A stretch of DNA of 64,000 nucleotides from an uncultured Arcobacteraceae bacterium (GTDB lineage: Bacteria > Campylobacterota > Campylobacteria > Campylobacterales > Arcobacteraceae): contig CAXHZO010000012.1 in NCBI GenBank assembly GCA_964022095.1, forward strand, positions 14,424-78,423. Reading direction: 5' to 3'. The notes under the pieces are model-generated. The model was not told the DNA's origin. It was given only the letters and a program-made list of their open reading frames with translations, and ran no database searches. The translations under genes were made by a program, and so were the position numbers. Below, piece after piece: positions 1-9,973 of this stretch. The stretch's first letter is position 1. Every line of letters begins with the position of its first letter.

Positions 1-384
1 AGCCCAAGATATGAACTCCAAAGAGCCACAGAATCAAATAAACTACTAGAAATAGAGATAATCGACGGTTTCCAAGGTGATGTATCAAGACCTGTAAGTA
101 CACTATCAGGAGGGGAGGGCTTCATAGTAAGTCTATCTTTAGCCTTAGGATTATCAAGTCTAGCAAGTCAAAAGATAAGTATAGATTCACTTTTCTTAGA
201 TGAAGGGTTTGGAACACTAGATAGCGATAGCTTAGAGTTAGCACTAAATGCACTAAATCAACTACAAAGTTCAGGAAAGATGGTAGGTGTGATTTCCCAT
301 GTGGAAGCACTAAAAGAGCGAATTCCATTGCAGATAAAGGTTGAGCCTAAAGGTGATGGGACGAGTGGGTTGGATTTGAATTAG
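1..384 (+). CDS. sbcC: SbcC/Rad50-family ATPase, C-terminal part (5' end outside window)
   Basis: Not in the ORF track. Frame 1 translates as ...RPVSTLSGGEGFIVSLSLALGL...SLFLDEGFGTLD...MVGVISHVEALKERI...LDLN*, giving the SbcC signature, Walker B/D-loop and H-loop. Confidence 0.9.
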   Translation, partial: SPRYELQRATESNKLLEIEIIDGFQGDVSRPVSTLSGGEGFIVSLSLALGLSSLASQKISIDSLFLDEGFGTLDSDSLELALNALNQLQSSGKMVGVISHVEALKERIPLQIKVEPKGDGTSGLDLN

Positions 385-394
385 AAGGAAATGA

Positions 395-2323
395 ATGTAT
401 TTAAAAAGTCTTAAGATAGAGAATTTTAGAAAATTTGAAAAAATAAATGTAGAGTTTACAAAAGGTTTAAATCTTCTTGTAGGTGAAAATGATGCAGGAA
501 AGACAGCAATTATAGATTCAATTAAATATGTTTTGCAGACTCAAAGTTTTGATTATATTAGACCTTCTTATGAAGATTTTTATCTAAAGCCTGAAGACAA
601 CGAAATTAATAGAACAAATGAATTTTATATTGAATGTATTTTTGAAGATTTAAAACCTTATGAAGCAAGTAGTTTTTTAGAGTGGCTAGGACTTGATGAT
701 GAAGGGAAAAGCTATTTAAAAATTTGGCTAATAGCAAAAAGAAATGATAGAAAAATATCTTATGAAATTAGAGCGGGAGCAGATGATGAAGGAAATCAAT
801 TAAATGGTGAATCACGAGATTATCTGAGAGTAATATATTTAAAAGCATTAAGAGATGCAGAAAGTGAGCTAACTCCTAAAAAAGGTTCAAGACTTTCTCA
901 AATACTTGATAGTCACGAACATTTTGAAAATAAAGAAGAACATAAGCTAAAAGAAATAATGGAAAAGACTAATGAAGAAATTGAAAAATACTTTTCTGAA
1001 GAAGACGGTAAAGAATTATTAGAAGATTTAAACACTTATTTAAAAAGTTTCTCATTATCAACAAATGAATTAAAAAGTAAATTCTTAATGAGTGGCAGTT
1101 CTTTAAAATCTATTCTTGAAAAACTTTCATTAAAACTTTTTAATCATGAAGTTTCTGAAAATAACTCTCAAGGTTTAGGTTCTCATAATTTGTTATATAT
1201 TGCAGCAGAGCTTTTATTACTGAAGAAATTAGATTATGCAGGATTAAAATTAGGACTTGTAGAAGAAATTGAAGCACATCTTCATCCTCAAACTCAAATT
1301 AAACTTATTGAAGCAATTCAAGATATTGGAGAATCTAATGATATTCAATTTATTATGACGACACATAGTCCAAATTTAGCTTCGAAAATAAAACTTAGTA
1401 ATTTGATTATTGTAAGAAATGGGAATACTTATTCTATGGGTAGTAGTTTTACTAAACTTGAAAAAGGAGATTATTACTTTTTAGAAAGATTTTTAGATTC
1501 AACTAAGGCAAACTTATTTTTTGCAAATGGAGTAATATTAGTCGAAGGTGATGCAGAAAATATATTATTACCAACAATAGCAAAATTGATGGGTAAAAGT
1601 TTATCTAATTATGGAGTTAGTATAGTTAATGTTGGAAGTGTTGCATTTTTACGATATTCGAATATTTTTCTAAGACAGTCAGAACCACATTTTATTACTC
1701 CTATTGCAGTAGTAACTGATGTAGATGTAAAACCATTTAAAAGTAAAGAAAAACTTTCTTTAAAAATAGAAAAAATAAGTAACTTTTCAATATCTGATAA
1801 GTTATTGATTTTGCCCCAAAAAATAGTAAGGAAAAAAACAAAATTTTATATTGAACGTGATTACAAATTTGAAGAAGTTGAAATTAAAAGAAATAATACT
1901 ATAGCGGAAAAAAATACAAAATATGACGAAGAAAAAGTTAAATCTTTTATCGCACCATTTTGGACACTAGAATATACACTAGCTTTAAGTAATTTATCAC
2001 CATTATTTTATCGAGCAGTATATATTTGTAAAAAAACAAAGTCACGAGATTATGTTTATACAAATGTAGAAAAAACAACTTTTATACAAGAATCGGATAT
2101 TGAATATGATGGATGGATAACATCTGGAAAAAATATAGAAGAAATTGCTTTTATAATTTATAATGATACTATGATAAAAAAAACTAATCCTCTTTCAAAA
2201 GCAGTTGTTGCTCAAGTATTTGCTCAAATTTTAGATGAAACAGATTTAACTTTATACGATATAAACTCAGATGATAAATTAAAGTATTTAGTTGATGCAA
2301 TAAACTATGTAACTGGAAGTTGA
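395..2323 (+). CDS. gajA: OLD-family ATP-dependent nuclease (ABC ATPase + TOPRIM), GajA-like
   Basis: Walker A GENDAGKT; LVEEIEAHLHP; MTTHSP; TOPRIM ILVEGDAE and DVD; directly upstream of a UvrD helicase. Confidence 0.8.
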   Translation: MYLKSLKIENFRKFEKINVEFTKGLNLLVGENDAGKTAIIDSIKYVLQTQSFDYIRPSYEDFYLKPEDNEINRTNEFYIECIFEDLKPYEASSFLEWLGLDDEGKSYLKIWLIAKRNDRKISYEIRAGADDEGNQLNGESRDYLRVIYLKALRDAESELTPKKGSRLSQILDSHEHFENKEEHKLKEIMEKTNEEIEKYFSEEDGKELLEDLNTYLKSFSLSTNELKSKFLMSGSSLKSILEKLSLKLFNHEVSENNSQGLGSHNLLYIAAELLLLKKLDYAGLKLGLVEEIEAHLHPQTQIKLIEAIQDIGESNDIQFIMTTHSPNLASKIKLSNLIIVRNGNTYSMGSSFTKLEKGDYYFLERFLDSTKANLFFANGVILVEGDAENILLPTIAKLMGKSLSNYGVSIVNVGSVAFLRYSNIFLRQSEPHFITPIAVVTDVDVKPFKSKEKLSLKIEKISNFSISDKLLILPQKIVRKKTKFYIERDYKFEEVEIKRNNTIAEKNTKYDEEKVKSFIAPFWTLEYTLALSNLSPLFYRAVYICKKTKSRDYVYTNVEKTTFIQESDIEYDGWITSGKNIEEIAFIIYNDTMIKKTNPLSKAVVAQVFAQILDETDLTLYDINSDDKLKYLVDAINYVTGS

Positions 2324-2324
2324 A

Positions 2325-4220
2325 ATGATTCAGATTACAGATAATCATATAGAAGAATTTGAAAATAGATTTGAAAACTTATCTTTTGATGCTGAAAGTA
2401 GAGCATTTATAAAATGTATAGAGTCAAAGGATATACAAGCTTGCCCAGGAGCCGGAAAAACTACTTCCTTAGTTGCTAAGCTAGATATTATTGCTTCACA
2501 AATGCCTTTTAAAGATAATAGTGGTGTTTTGGTGTTAACTCATACAAATGTTGCAGTTGATGAAATAAAAAAGAAATTAGGATTAAATGCAAAAATATTA
2601 CTTTCCTATCCGAATCATATTGGGACATTTCAATCTTTTGTCAATAAGTTTTTAGCGATACCTATGTATGTAAATATTTTTGGAAAAAAGCCTGAAAGAA
2701 TAGATTATGATTTATTTAATGAAAAACTATTACATAAACTCAATAAATATTATTTAAATAACTTTATACCTCAAAGTGCAGAAGCAAATAAGTATACGAG
2801 TTTAGAAGGTTTTATTAATGCCTTAACTGTAGAAGAAAATAGAATTAGTTTACCTCAGGCAGGAGGAAGAAGTAAAACTATCGTAAATAGAGGAAAGCCT
2901 TCTTTTAGAAATATTAAAAGAGCAAAAGATGAAAATATAATAAGGCAAGTTGTATCAGATGGCTATTTAGCTTATCATCATTGCTATGATTTAGCTAACA
3001 AATATTTGGATGACTATTCTAATATGAAAGAAGTTTTTCAAAAAAGATTTAAATATGTATTTATTGATGAAGTGCAAGATACTGATAATAATCAATTTGA
3101 AATCATAGATAAACTATTTTCAGGTAGTGATGTGATTATTCAAAAAATTGGTGACAAAAATCAAGAAATATTTTCAAATTTAAAAACACAAGCTAATGGT
3201 TGGGAAGTGGGAAGTGATGCTTTAGAAATAAAAAATACTAAAAGATTATCGTCTATTATATCTGAGAAAGTAAGTCATTTTGCAATTAATCCCCAAGAAT
3301 TAAATGGTAATAACGAAATACAGATTCAACCCAGAATACTACTATTTGATGAGAAAAATATTGGAGAATTAGTTCTTCAAAAATTTGGTGATTTAATTTT
3401 TGAAAATAATTTACAAGATTTGAGTAATTCAAAGTTTAAAGCAATTGGTGCAGTAGGTAAAGTCCATGAAAGTAAGATTACAATACCTGATTATTTTCCT
3501 TCTTTTAGTAAAAATGACAATAGGTCTTTAGAATATGAAACTTTAGTTGAAAAGATAGATTTGTTTGACAAAAAAAAGATACGAGTAAAAGACTACAGGA
3601 AAATTTTGCTAGATGTTATTATTGAGTATCTTAAAACTGAAGATATTAAATATAATGATAAATACTTTTCAAAAAATTTGTTATTGAACTATTTAAAAGA
3701 GAAAGATAAACTACAATACAAGCTTTTCAAGTTAAAGCTATTTGAAGGTGTTAAAAAACTTTCAATAAGTGAATGTGTGTTTGATATTCTAAAAGAAAAA
3801 GTAGAAATAGTATTAGAATTATTAGGAAGTAGTTTTAATGAATCTGTCTTAGTAAATATAATAAAAAACTACAAAATAGATTTATTACAAAAAACAACTC
3901 AAGATAAATATATTTATAGTAATTCAGATACTACATTTGATATTGAAATATCAACTATTCATAAAGTTAAAGGCGAAACACATACTGCAACATTAATACT
4001 TGAATCTTTTAATAGAACATATGATTTACAACAACTCTTAAAATTATTAAAAGGACTGTCATTAAGAACTAGTAATACGATTGATTTAAAAAAGAAATTA
4101 CTATATGTAGCTATGTCTCGACCCACACATTTATTGTGTTTTGCAATGAATAAAGAACATGTTAAAAGTAATGATATTAGTGAGCTTGAAGAGTGTGGAT
4201 TTATAATAGAGGAAATTTAA
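2325..4220 (+). CDS. gajB: UvrD/Rep-like SF1 helicase, GajB-like
   Basis: ACPGAGKTT, VLTHTN, FIDEVQD, GDKNQEIF, TIHKVKGET, LLYVAMSR; starts 1 bp after the OLD nuclease stop. Confidence 0.8.
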   Translation: MIQITDNHIEEFENRFENLSFDAESRAFIKCIESKDIQACPGAGKTTSLVAKLDIIASQMPFKDNSGVLVLTHTNVAVDEIKKKLGLNAKILLSYPNHIGTFQSFVNKFLAIPMYVNIFGKKPERIDYDLFNEKLLHKLNKYYLNNFIPQSAEANKYTSLEGFINALTVEENRISLPQAGGRSKTIVNRGKPSFRNIKRAKDENIIRQVVSDGYLAYHHCYDLANKYLDDYSNMKEVFQKRFKYVFIDEVQDTDNNQFEIIDKLFSGSDVIIQKIGDKNQEIFSNLKTQANGWEVGSDALEIKNTKRLSSIISEKVSHFAINPQELNGNNEIQIQPRILLFDEKNIGELVLQKFGDLIFENNLQDLSNSKFKAIGAVGKVHESKITIPDYFPSFSKNDNRSLEYETLVEKIDLFDKKKIRVKDYRKILLDVIIEYLKTEDIKYNDKYFSKNLLLNYLKEKDKLQYKLFKLKLFEGVKKLSISECVFDILKEKVEIVLELLGSSFNESVLVNIIKNYKIDLLQKTTQDKYIYSNSDTTFDIEISTIHKVKGETHTATLILESFNRTYDLQQLLKLLKGLSLRTSNTIDLKKKLLYVAMSRPTHLLCFAMNKEHVKSNDISELEECGFIIEEI

Positions 4221-4221
4221 T

Positions 4222-4527
4222 ATGAATTTATCTAAATCCTTCTACACAAAAGGCATCCAATGCCCCAAAGCACTTTGGCTTAAAAAATACAAGCCAAGTG
4301 TACTAACTCCACCTGATGAAAAAGCCCAAGCTATATTTGACACAGGAAATGTAGTAGGAAACTTAGCTTGCGAGCTTTTCCCTGATGGAAAAGAAGTACT
4401 ATACACTACAAAGTATGATGAAATGATATCAACTACAAAAGAGTGGACAGATGTGGGTGTACCAAATATCTATGAAGCTACTTTTAGCTATAAGGGTATA
4501 CTTATCATGGTAGATATTTTAAGATAA
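4222..4527 (+). pseudogene. Truncated DUF2779-family protein (N-terminal fragment)
   Basis: MNLSKSFYTKGIQCPKALWL...IYEATF...MVDIL resembles the N-terminus of much longer DUF2779 proteins; ends at 101 aa with no continuation seen. Confidence 0.6.
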
Positions 4528-4684
4528 AAAGGATAGGTGTCTTTTTTCTATTTTTTCTATAAAAATTTTGATATTGCAAAGTGTAATACTTTTAAATAAA
4601 AATACTTTTTAATGTTATTATACTTTATCGTTTTGCCAATATTAGGAAAACGATGATGTATTTATTTCAAATTAGGGTTGTGAT

Positions 4685-5420
4685 ATGAATGAATTGATAA
4701 TCGATGAAGATATAAAAATAAAATATATACCATAAGAGGTATGCAAGTTATTTTGGATAGAGACTTAGCAGAGTTGTATCAAGTAAAAGCGATAAGGCTT
4801 AGGGAACAAGTAAAAAGAAATATTGAGCGTTTTCCAGAAGATTTCATGTTTCAACTTACAGAGAAGGAAGTAGAAACCATGGTATCGCAAAATGCGATAC
4901 CTTCAAAACAACACTTGGGTGGTAGTTTGCCTTATGCATTCACAGAACAAGGCGTTTCTATGTTAAGTGCAGTACTTAAAAGTGATATAGCAATAAAAAT
5001 AAGTGTAGAAATAATAAGAACCTTTGTTAATATGAGAAAAGTTATCTCAACTAATAGTTTGATATATCAAAGATTGGATACCCTAGAAAAGAAACAAATA
5101 TCAAATGATGAAAAATTCGAGAAACTACTTAATGCTTTAGAAGATAAGTCTTTAAAACCAAAGCAAGGGATTTTTTACGATGGACAAATGTTTGATGCTT
5201 ATACTTTAAACAATTGAATCTCGACCTTAAAAAGTATAATTCTCAATATAAAAAAATACAAATAAAAAAGTTTGAAAATTCTCATGATAGATTTTTGATA
5301 TTAGATGATAATGAAATTTATCATATAGGAGCAAGTCTAAAAGACTTAGGCAAAAAATGGTTTGCTTTTTCTAAGATGGATTTAAAAAGTTTTGATGTTT
5401 TAGAAAGATTGGAAAAGTAA
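4685..5420 (+). pseudogene. ORF6N-domain DNA-binding protein, frameshifted and internally deleted
   Basis: ATG 4685 (MNELIIDEDIK) is out of frame with KNKIYTIRGMQVILDRDLAELY...RNIERFPEDFMFQL...PYAFTEQGV. GIFYDGQMFDAY is joined out of frame to KQLNLDLKKYN...SHDRFLILD...HIGASLKDLGKKWFAF. Confidence 0.75.
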
Positions 5421-5479
5421 GAGAAGTTGAAAAAACTTTAAAAGCAAATTATAATATACTTCCATAAAAAAGGAATCCT

Positions 5480-5761
5480 ATGCCAAAAGCATCAGCACGA
5501 CATATCTTAGTAAACAGTGAAAAATTAGCTAAAAAACTAAAAAAAGAGATTATCAAAGATGAAATCACTTTTGAAAAAGCTGCTAAAAAGTTCTCAAAAT
5601 GTCCTTCGAAAAAAAGTGGTGGAAATCTAGGTACATTTTCAAAAGGTGAGATGGTAAAAGAGTTTGATACTGTTGTATTCAAAGAGGATTTACATAGAGT
5701 TCATGGCCCAATCAAAACAGAGTTTGGTTTTCACTTGATTGAAATATTAGCTAGATATTAA
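5480..5761 (+). CDS. ppiC: Parvulin-type peptidyl-prolyl cis-trans isomerase
   Basis: ASARHILV, FSKCPS..SGGNLGTF, GPIKTEFGFHLI. Confidence 0.9.
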   Translation: MPKASARHILVNSEKLAKKLKKEIIKDEITFEKAAKKFSKCPSKKSGGNLGTFSKGEMVKEFDTVVFKEDLHRVHGPIKTEFGFHLIEILARY

Positions 5762-5866
5762 ACAAATAAAGAAGTTACCATAAAAAAACTATTTGCATAT
5801 ATTATAACTATACCGCCATTTATTATTTGGCTTCTTTTTTGTTTTGTTTTATCTATCATTGGTGCT

Positions 5867-6244
5867 TTGTTTTCCAAAAGAAAAATAGATATTGATTTAC
5901 AAAGAGTAAAACAAAGAGAGACTATTTGTAGTGTACTTCACAAAAAAAACTTACTAACCACTAGTGAATATGAGTTTGAAACTGTCGATGTGGCTTCTTG
6001 GTATGATGAACTTACTTTTAGGGGCTACTTATTTGTTTTAGCTCCTGTGATTTTTTTATTAAAATATTTTTCTTTTGCTGATAGTTTTGTGTTGTATGTA
6101 GTTAAAAAATGGATCAAAATACACTACTATCAAAAAAAATATAATACCAAACCAAATACTTTTTTTAGCTTTTTAATGAGTTTTTGTATTTTATTAGCTA
6201 ATTTACTTGGTCAAGTTTTATATCGCTTAGATAAAACAAAATGA
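5867..6244 (+). CDS. Hypothetical membrane protein (start may lie upstream at ATA 5780)
   Basis: Hydrophobic segments; frame stays open upstream as IKKLFAYIITIPPFIIWLLFCFVLSIIGA. Confidence 0.5.
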   Translation: MFSKRKIDIDLQRVKQRETICSVLHKKNLLTTSEYEFETVDVASWYDELTFRGYLFVLAPVIFLLKYFSFADSFVLYVVKKWIKIHYYQKKYNTKPNTFFSFLMSFCILLANLLGQVLYRLDKTK

Positions 6245-6247
6245 AAA

Positions 6248-6577
6248 CTATTCTATAGTCTCAATATTTACAAGTTCGATATGAGAATGATCTTTTTTTA
6301 TTAGTTTTTTCGCTGTTGCATCTTCTTCTGCTAGTGTTAGTAAGTCTGCGTAATCATCTTTATTTACTTCTAGTTCATATAACTCTTTTTTAGTCTCAAT
6401 TAGAATTTTACTATTTGTCTCTTTTGTAAATAAATCTAAGTTTCTAATTCCTTTAGCAAACTCATTTTTTATCGCTCTTGCAACTTTTTCATTTGATAGA
6501 AGTTTATTTAGTGTTAGCTCTAAATTAAAATCTTTTTTTGATACTACTTTATACGTCACCATAATTTTACCATCCAT
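6248..6577 (-). CDS. Hypothetical protein
   Basis: 109-aa ORF with an AAGGAG RBS upstream. Confidence 0.65.
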   Translation of the reverse strand: MDGKIMVTYKVVSKKDFNLELTLNKLLSNEKVARAIKNEFAKGIRNLDLFTKETNSKILIETKKELYELEVNKDDYADLLTLAEEDATAKKLIKKDHSHIELVNIETIE

Positions 6578-6663
6578 TTATATTCTCCTTATTGATACTT
6601 TGAATCTATACTGAATATTAACAAAAAAAATTATGATGACTAAAAAGTATTACAATTTGTAAA

Positions 6664-7020
6664 TTAAATTGCAAATTCTAATAAAATTTCCTTATCAACA
6701 ATTTTTGTTGCTTGACTAGAAGTAGCTTTTGGATCGATTTTTGGAGCATATCCTGCTTTGTGTGCTTCTTTCCATCTTTGTGCGCATAGGCACCATTTAT
6801 CACCATCTTTTAAGCCTTCAAATCCAAATTCAGGAATTGGAGTTGTCAAATCATTCCCCATTGCTTTTGAATAACCTAAAAATTCATCTGTAACTATTGC
6901 ACATACACTGTGACTTGCTACATCTTCTGTAGATGTTCTACATGTACCATCTCTATAAAACCCTGTAAGGGGTGAAGTTGAACATACTTGAAGTGGTTCA
7001 CCAAATAAATTTGTTTGCAT
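6664..7020 (-). CDS. DUF2237 family protein
   Basis: NLFGEPLQVCS..PLTGFYRDGTC...GLKDGDKWCLCAQRW. Confidence 0.85.
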   Translation of the reverse strand: MQTNLFGEPLQVCSTSPLTGFYRDGTCRTSTEDVASHSVCAIVTDEFLGYSKAMGNDLTTPIPEFGFEGLKDGDKWCLCAQRWKEAHKAGYAPKIDPKATSSQATKIVDKEILLEFAI

Positions 7021-7183
7021 AATAAATCCTTAAATATATATTTTATTTTAATTTGAATTTTTAATTGTATCACGTAGAAATAAAATTTGTCATAATCAAA
7101 ACTTATATGGGAGTTTATTCATCCTATTTTTAGCTTCTGTTGGATAATATATCTATATTAAAGATTAATTTAGTGGATAAATA

Positions 7184-8218
7184 ATGACTGTAAAAATAGA
7201 CCTTCCAAATAACAATTCATATGATATATTTATTGAAGAGTTAAAAGACTTATATTTCGATACAAAAGTTGTAGTTGTGACAAACCCAACTGTAGCTGGG
7301 TATCATTTAGATTACTTAGAATCAAAGCTTGATGCAAAAGAGTTTAGTGTGGTTACAATTCCTGATGGGGAAGAGTACAAAAATATGCAAACAATCGATA
7401 TGATTTTAGATCATTGTTTTGAAAAAAGACTTGATAGAAAATCTCTTTTAGTTGCATTTGGTGGAGGAGTGATTGGTGATATGACTGGCTTTGCTGCGTC
7501 AATTTACCAAAGAGGTATCAATTTTGTACAAATACCAACTACACTTCTTTCTCAAGTAGATGCAAGTGTTGGTGGAAAAACAGGTATAAATAATAAATAC
7601 GGGAAAAATCTAATTGGAGCTTTTCATCAACCAAAAGCTGTTCATATTGATCCTTCTATGCTAAAAACTCTTCCTAAAAGAGAGTTTGGTGCTGGAGTTG
7701 CAGAGATAGTAAAGATGGCAGTTACTTTCAACAAAGACTTTTTTGAGTGGTTAGAACAAAATGATTTAAATGTTGAAGAAAATATCCAAATAGCAATCGC
7801 AAAATCAGTAGAAACAAAAGCATATGTAGTATCTCAAGACGAAAAAGAGCATGGAATTAGAGCTGCATTAAACTATGGTCATACATTTGGACATGTTGTT
7901 GAAAATGAAACAAACTACAACACATACTTACATGGAGAAGCAGTAGGTATTGGTATGATGATGGCAAATAAACTTGCAGTAAAACTTGGAATGATGAGTG
8001 AAGAGCAAGAAAAAAGAGTCAAACTATTATTAGAAAAATATGATATTCCAACATCTTATAAAATAAAAGATGTTGAAGATTTCTATGAGCACTTTTTCTT
8101 AGATAAAAAGTCTTTAGACAATAAGATTAAATTTATTTTACCAGTTGGAATTGGTGATTGTAAAATCACTGATGAAGTTTCAAAAAATGATGTTATCGAA
8201 ATACTAAAAGGGTTCTAG
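7184..8218 (+). CDS. aroB: 3-dehydroquinate synthase
   Basis: GGGVIGDMTGFAA, PTTLLSQVDASVGGKTGIN, LNYGHTFGH, LHGEAV. Confidence 0.97.
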   Translation: MTVKIDLPNNNSYDIFIEELKDLYFDTKVVVVTNPTVAGYHLDYLESKLDAKEFSVVTIPDGEEYKNMQTIDMILDHCFEKRLDRKSLLVAFGGGVIGDMTGFAASIYQRGINFVQIPTTLLSQVDASVGGKTGINNKYGKNLIGAFHQPKAVHIDPSMLKTLPKREFGAGVAEIVKMAVTFNKDFFEWLEQNDLNVEENIQIAIAKSVETKAYVVSQDEKEHGIRAALNYGHTFGHVVENETNYNTYLHGEAVGIGMMMANKLAVKLGMMSEEQEKRVKLLLEKYDIPTSYKIKDVEDFYEHFFLDKKSLDNKIKFILPVGIGDCKITDEVSKNDVIEILKGF

Positions 8219-9955
8219 GTGATAAAGAGTTTTTTAACTTTAGTTTTTATTGTTAGTTTTAGTTTTGGTGCTTCTAGTATTGATATTATTGATAGCAAAG
8301 ATAAAGCAGAAATAAAACAAATTGAGCAAAAAATCATTGAAGAAAAATATGCTGAAGCTCAAAAAGAGTTAGAAGAGAAAAAAGCTCAAGAAATTGCTGA
8401 GCAAAAAGTTAAAGACTTAAATATGCAAAATCTTGCACAAGTTGAGCTTTTAAAAAAGAACATTTCAAAAATTGAAAATGATTTAAGAAACAACATTCTT
8501 TTAAAAAGATATTCAAACTATGTATCATATAGTAAAATCTCAGCTGAACTTGCTAACTTGCAAGACTCTTTAAAGAAAAAAAGAAATGTATCAGATGAGC
8601 ATATTTATCAATTACACAATAAAATTAGAGTTAAAGAAAATGAGTTAGAATTAATCCAAGAGTATAGAGGTTCTCCTATTGGAGGATTAATAAATCCACC
8701 AGAAATAGAAAAGTACCAGCATATATCTAATCCTTTTGGAATCATAAATGCTTTATCTCAAATAAAAAAACTTGAAAACAACCAAAAACAATTTAAACAA
8801 CTAGAAACAAGTTTAGAAGAGCTAACAACTCTTTTAGATGAAGAATTAATGTTTTATTTAGAGCTTTTCAATCTTGACCAACAAGCAGCTTATAAAGAAA
8901 AAATCACTTTTTTAGATAAACAGAAAAAAGATTTCAATATGGTTTTAGAAATTGTTGCAACTACAGAAGAGGTTTATTCTAGAAAAATAGAACAAGTTAT
9001 TTTAGAGATCAAAAACCAAATTCAAGATCAAGGTCAAAAAATTCTTTTTATTTTAACTATTATTATAGTTTTATCACTATTAGCATTTTTAGTTAAATTA
9101 ACTCTAAAAAAATACTTCTCTCAAAATGAGAGTTATTACATGACAAACAAAATCATCAACTTTACAGTTGTATTTTTGATTGTTATGGTTTTACTGTTTT
9201 CATATATTGATAATGTTTCATACTTAGTTACTATCCTTGGGTTTGCATCTGCTGGTATTGCTATTGCATTAAAAGATTGGTTTATGTCTATTTTTGGATG
9301 GATGGTTATTGTAACTTCTGGTTCTATTCAAGTTGGAGATAGAATCAAGGTTACAAGAAATGGTCTTGAAACTGTTGGTGATGTACTTGATATTTCACTA
9401 TTTAAAATTACTATTAGAGAAGATATTACTTTAACTTCATATACAGTAAATAGAAGAACAGGAAGAATTTTCTTCATCCCAAATAACTACATTTTTTCTG
9501 AAATGATTGCAAACTATACTCACTCAGGACTTAGAACAGTTTGGGATGGTATTGATATTACAATTACTTTTGATTCAAACCATAAAAAAGCTCAAAAAAT
9601 TGCAAGAGATATTTTAAAGCATTATTCAAAAGGTTATACAGATATCACTAGAAAACAGCTTTCAAAAATGAGAAGTAAGTACCAGCTAAGAGCAACAGGT
9701 GTTGAGCCTAGAGTATTTACTTTTGTAGAGCCACATGGTATTGTTATTTCTTCATGGTATTTAACAAACTCTTATGCAGCACTTGTTTTAAGAAGTACAA
9801 TGAGTCCAGAGATATTAGAGGCATTTATGAAAGAAGATGATATTCATATTGCATATCCTACTCAACAAATTAATATTAATGATACAGAAAATGGTTATGG
9901 ACCTTCTAGAAAAAAAGTTATCAAAGATTTAGAAGATGAAATCATTCAAAGATAG
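8219..9955 (+). CDS. MscS-family mechanosensitive channel with large N-terminal extracytoplasmic region
   Basis: TM helices, LGFASAGIAIALKD, IQVGDRIKV, FIPNN. Confidence 0.85.
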   Translation: MIKSFLTLVFIVSFSFGASSIDIIDSKDKAEIKQIEQKIIEEKYAEAQKELEEKKAQEIAEQKVKDLNMQNLAQVELLKKNISKIENDLRNNILLKRYSNYVSYSKISAELANLQDSLKKKRNVSDEHIYQLHNKIRVKENELELIQEYRGSPIGGLINPPEIEKYQHISNPFGIINALSQIKKLENNQKQFKQLETSLEELTTLLDEELMFYLELFNLDQQAAYKEKITFLDKQKKDFNMVLEIVATTEEVYSRKIEQVILEIKNQIQDQGQKILFILTIIIVLSLLAFLVKLTLKKYFSQNESYYMTNKIINFTVVFLIVMVLLFSYIDNVSYLVTILGFASAGIAIALKDWFMSIFGWMVIVTSGSIQVGDRIKVTRNGLETVGDVLDISLFKITIREDITLTSYTVNRRTGRIFFIPNNYIFSEMIANYTHSGLRTVWDGIDITITFDSNHKKAQKIARDILKHYSKGYTDITRKQLSKMRSKYQLRATGVEPRVFTFVEPHGIVISSWYLTNSYAALVLRSTMSPEILEAFMKEDDIHIAYPTQQININDTENGYGPSRKKVIKDLEDEIIQR

Positions 9956-9973
9956 ATTAAGGAATAAGTTTTA

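Noticed and set aside
122-328. 68-aa minus-strand ORF
   Set aside because: Antisense shadow of the sbcC 3' end.
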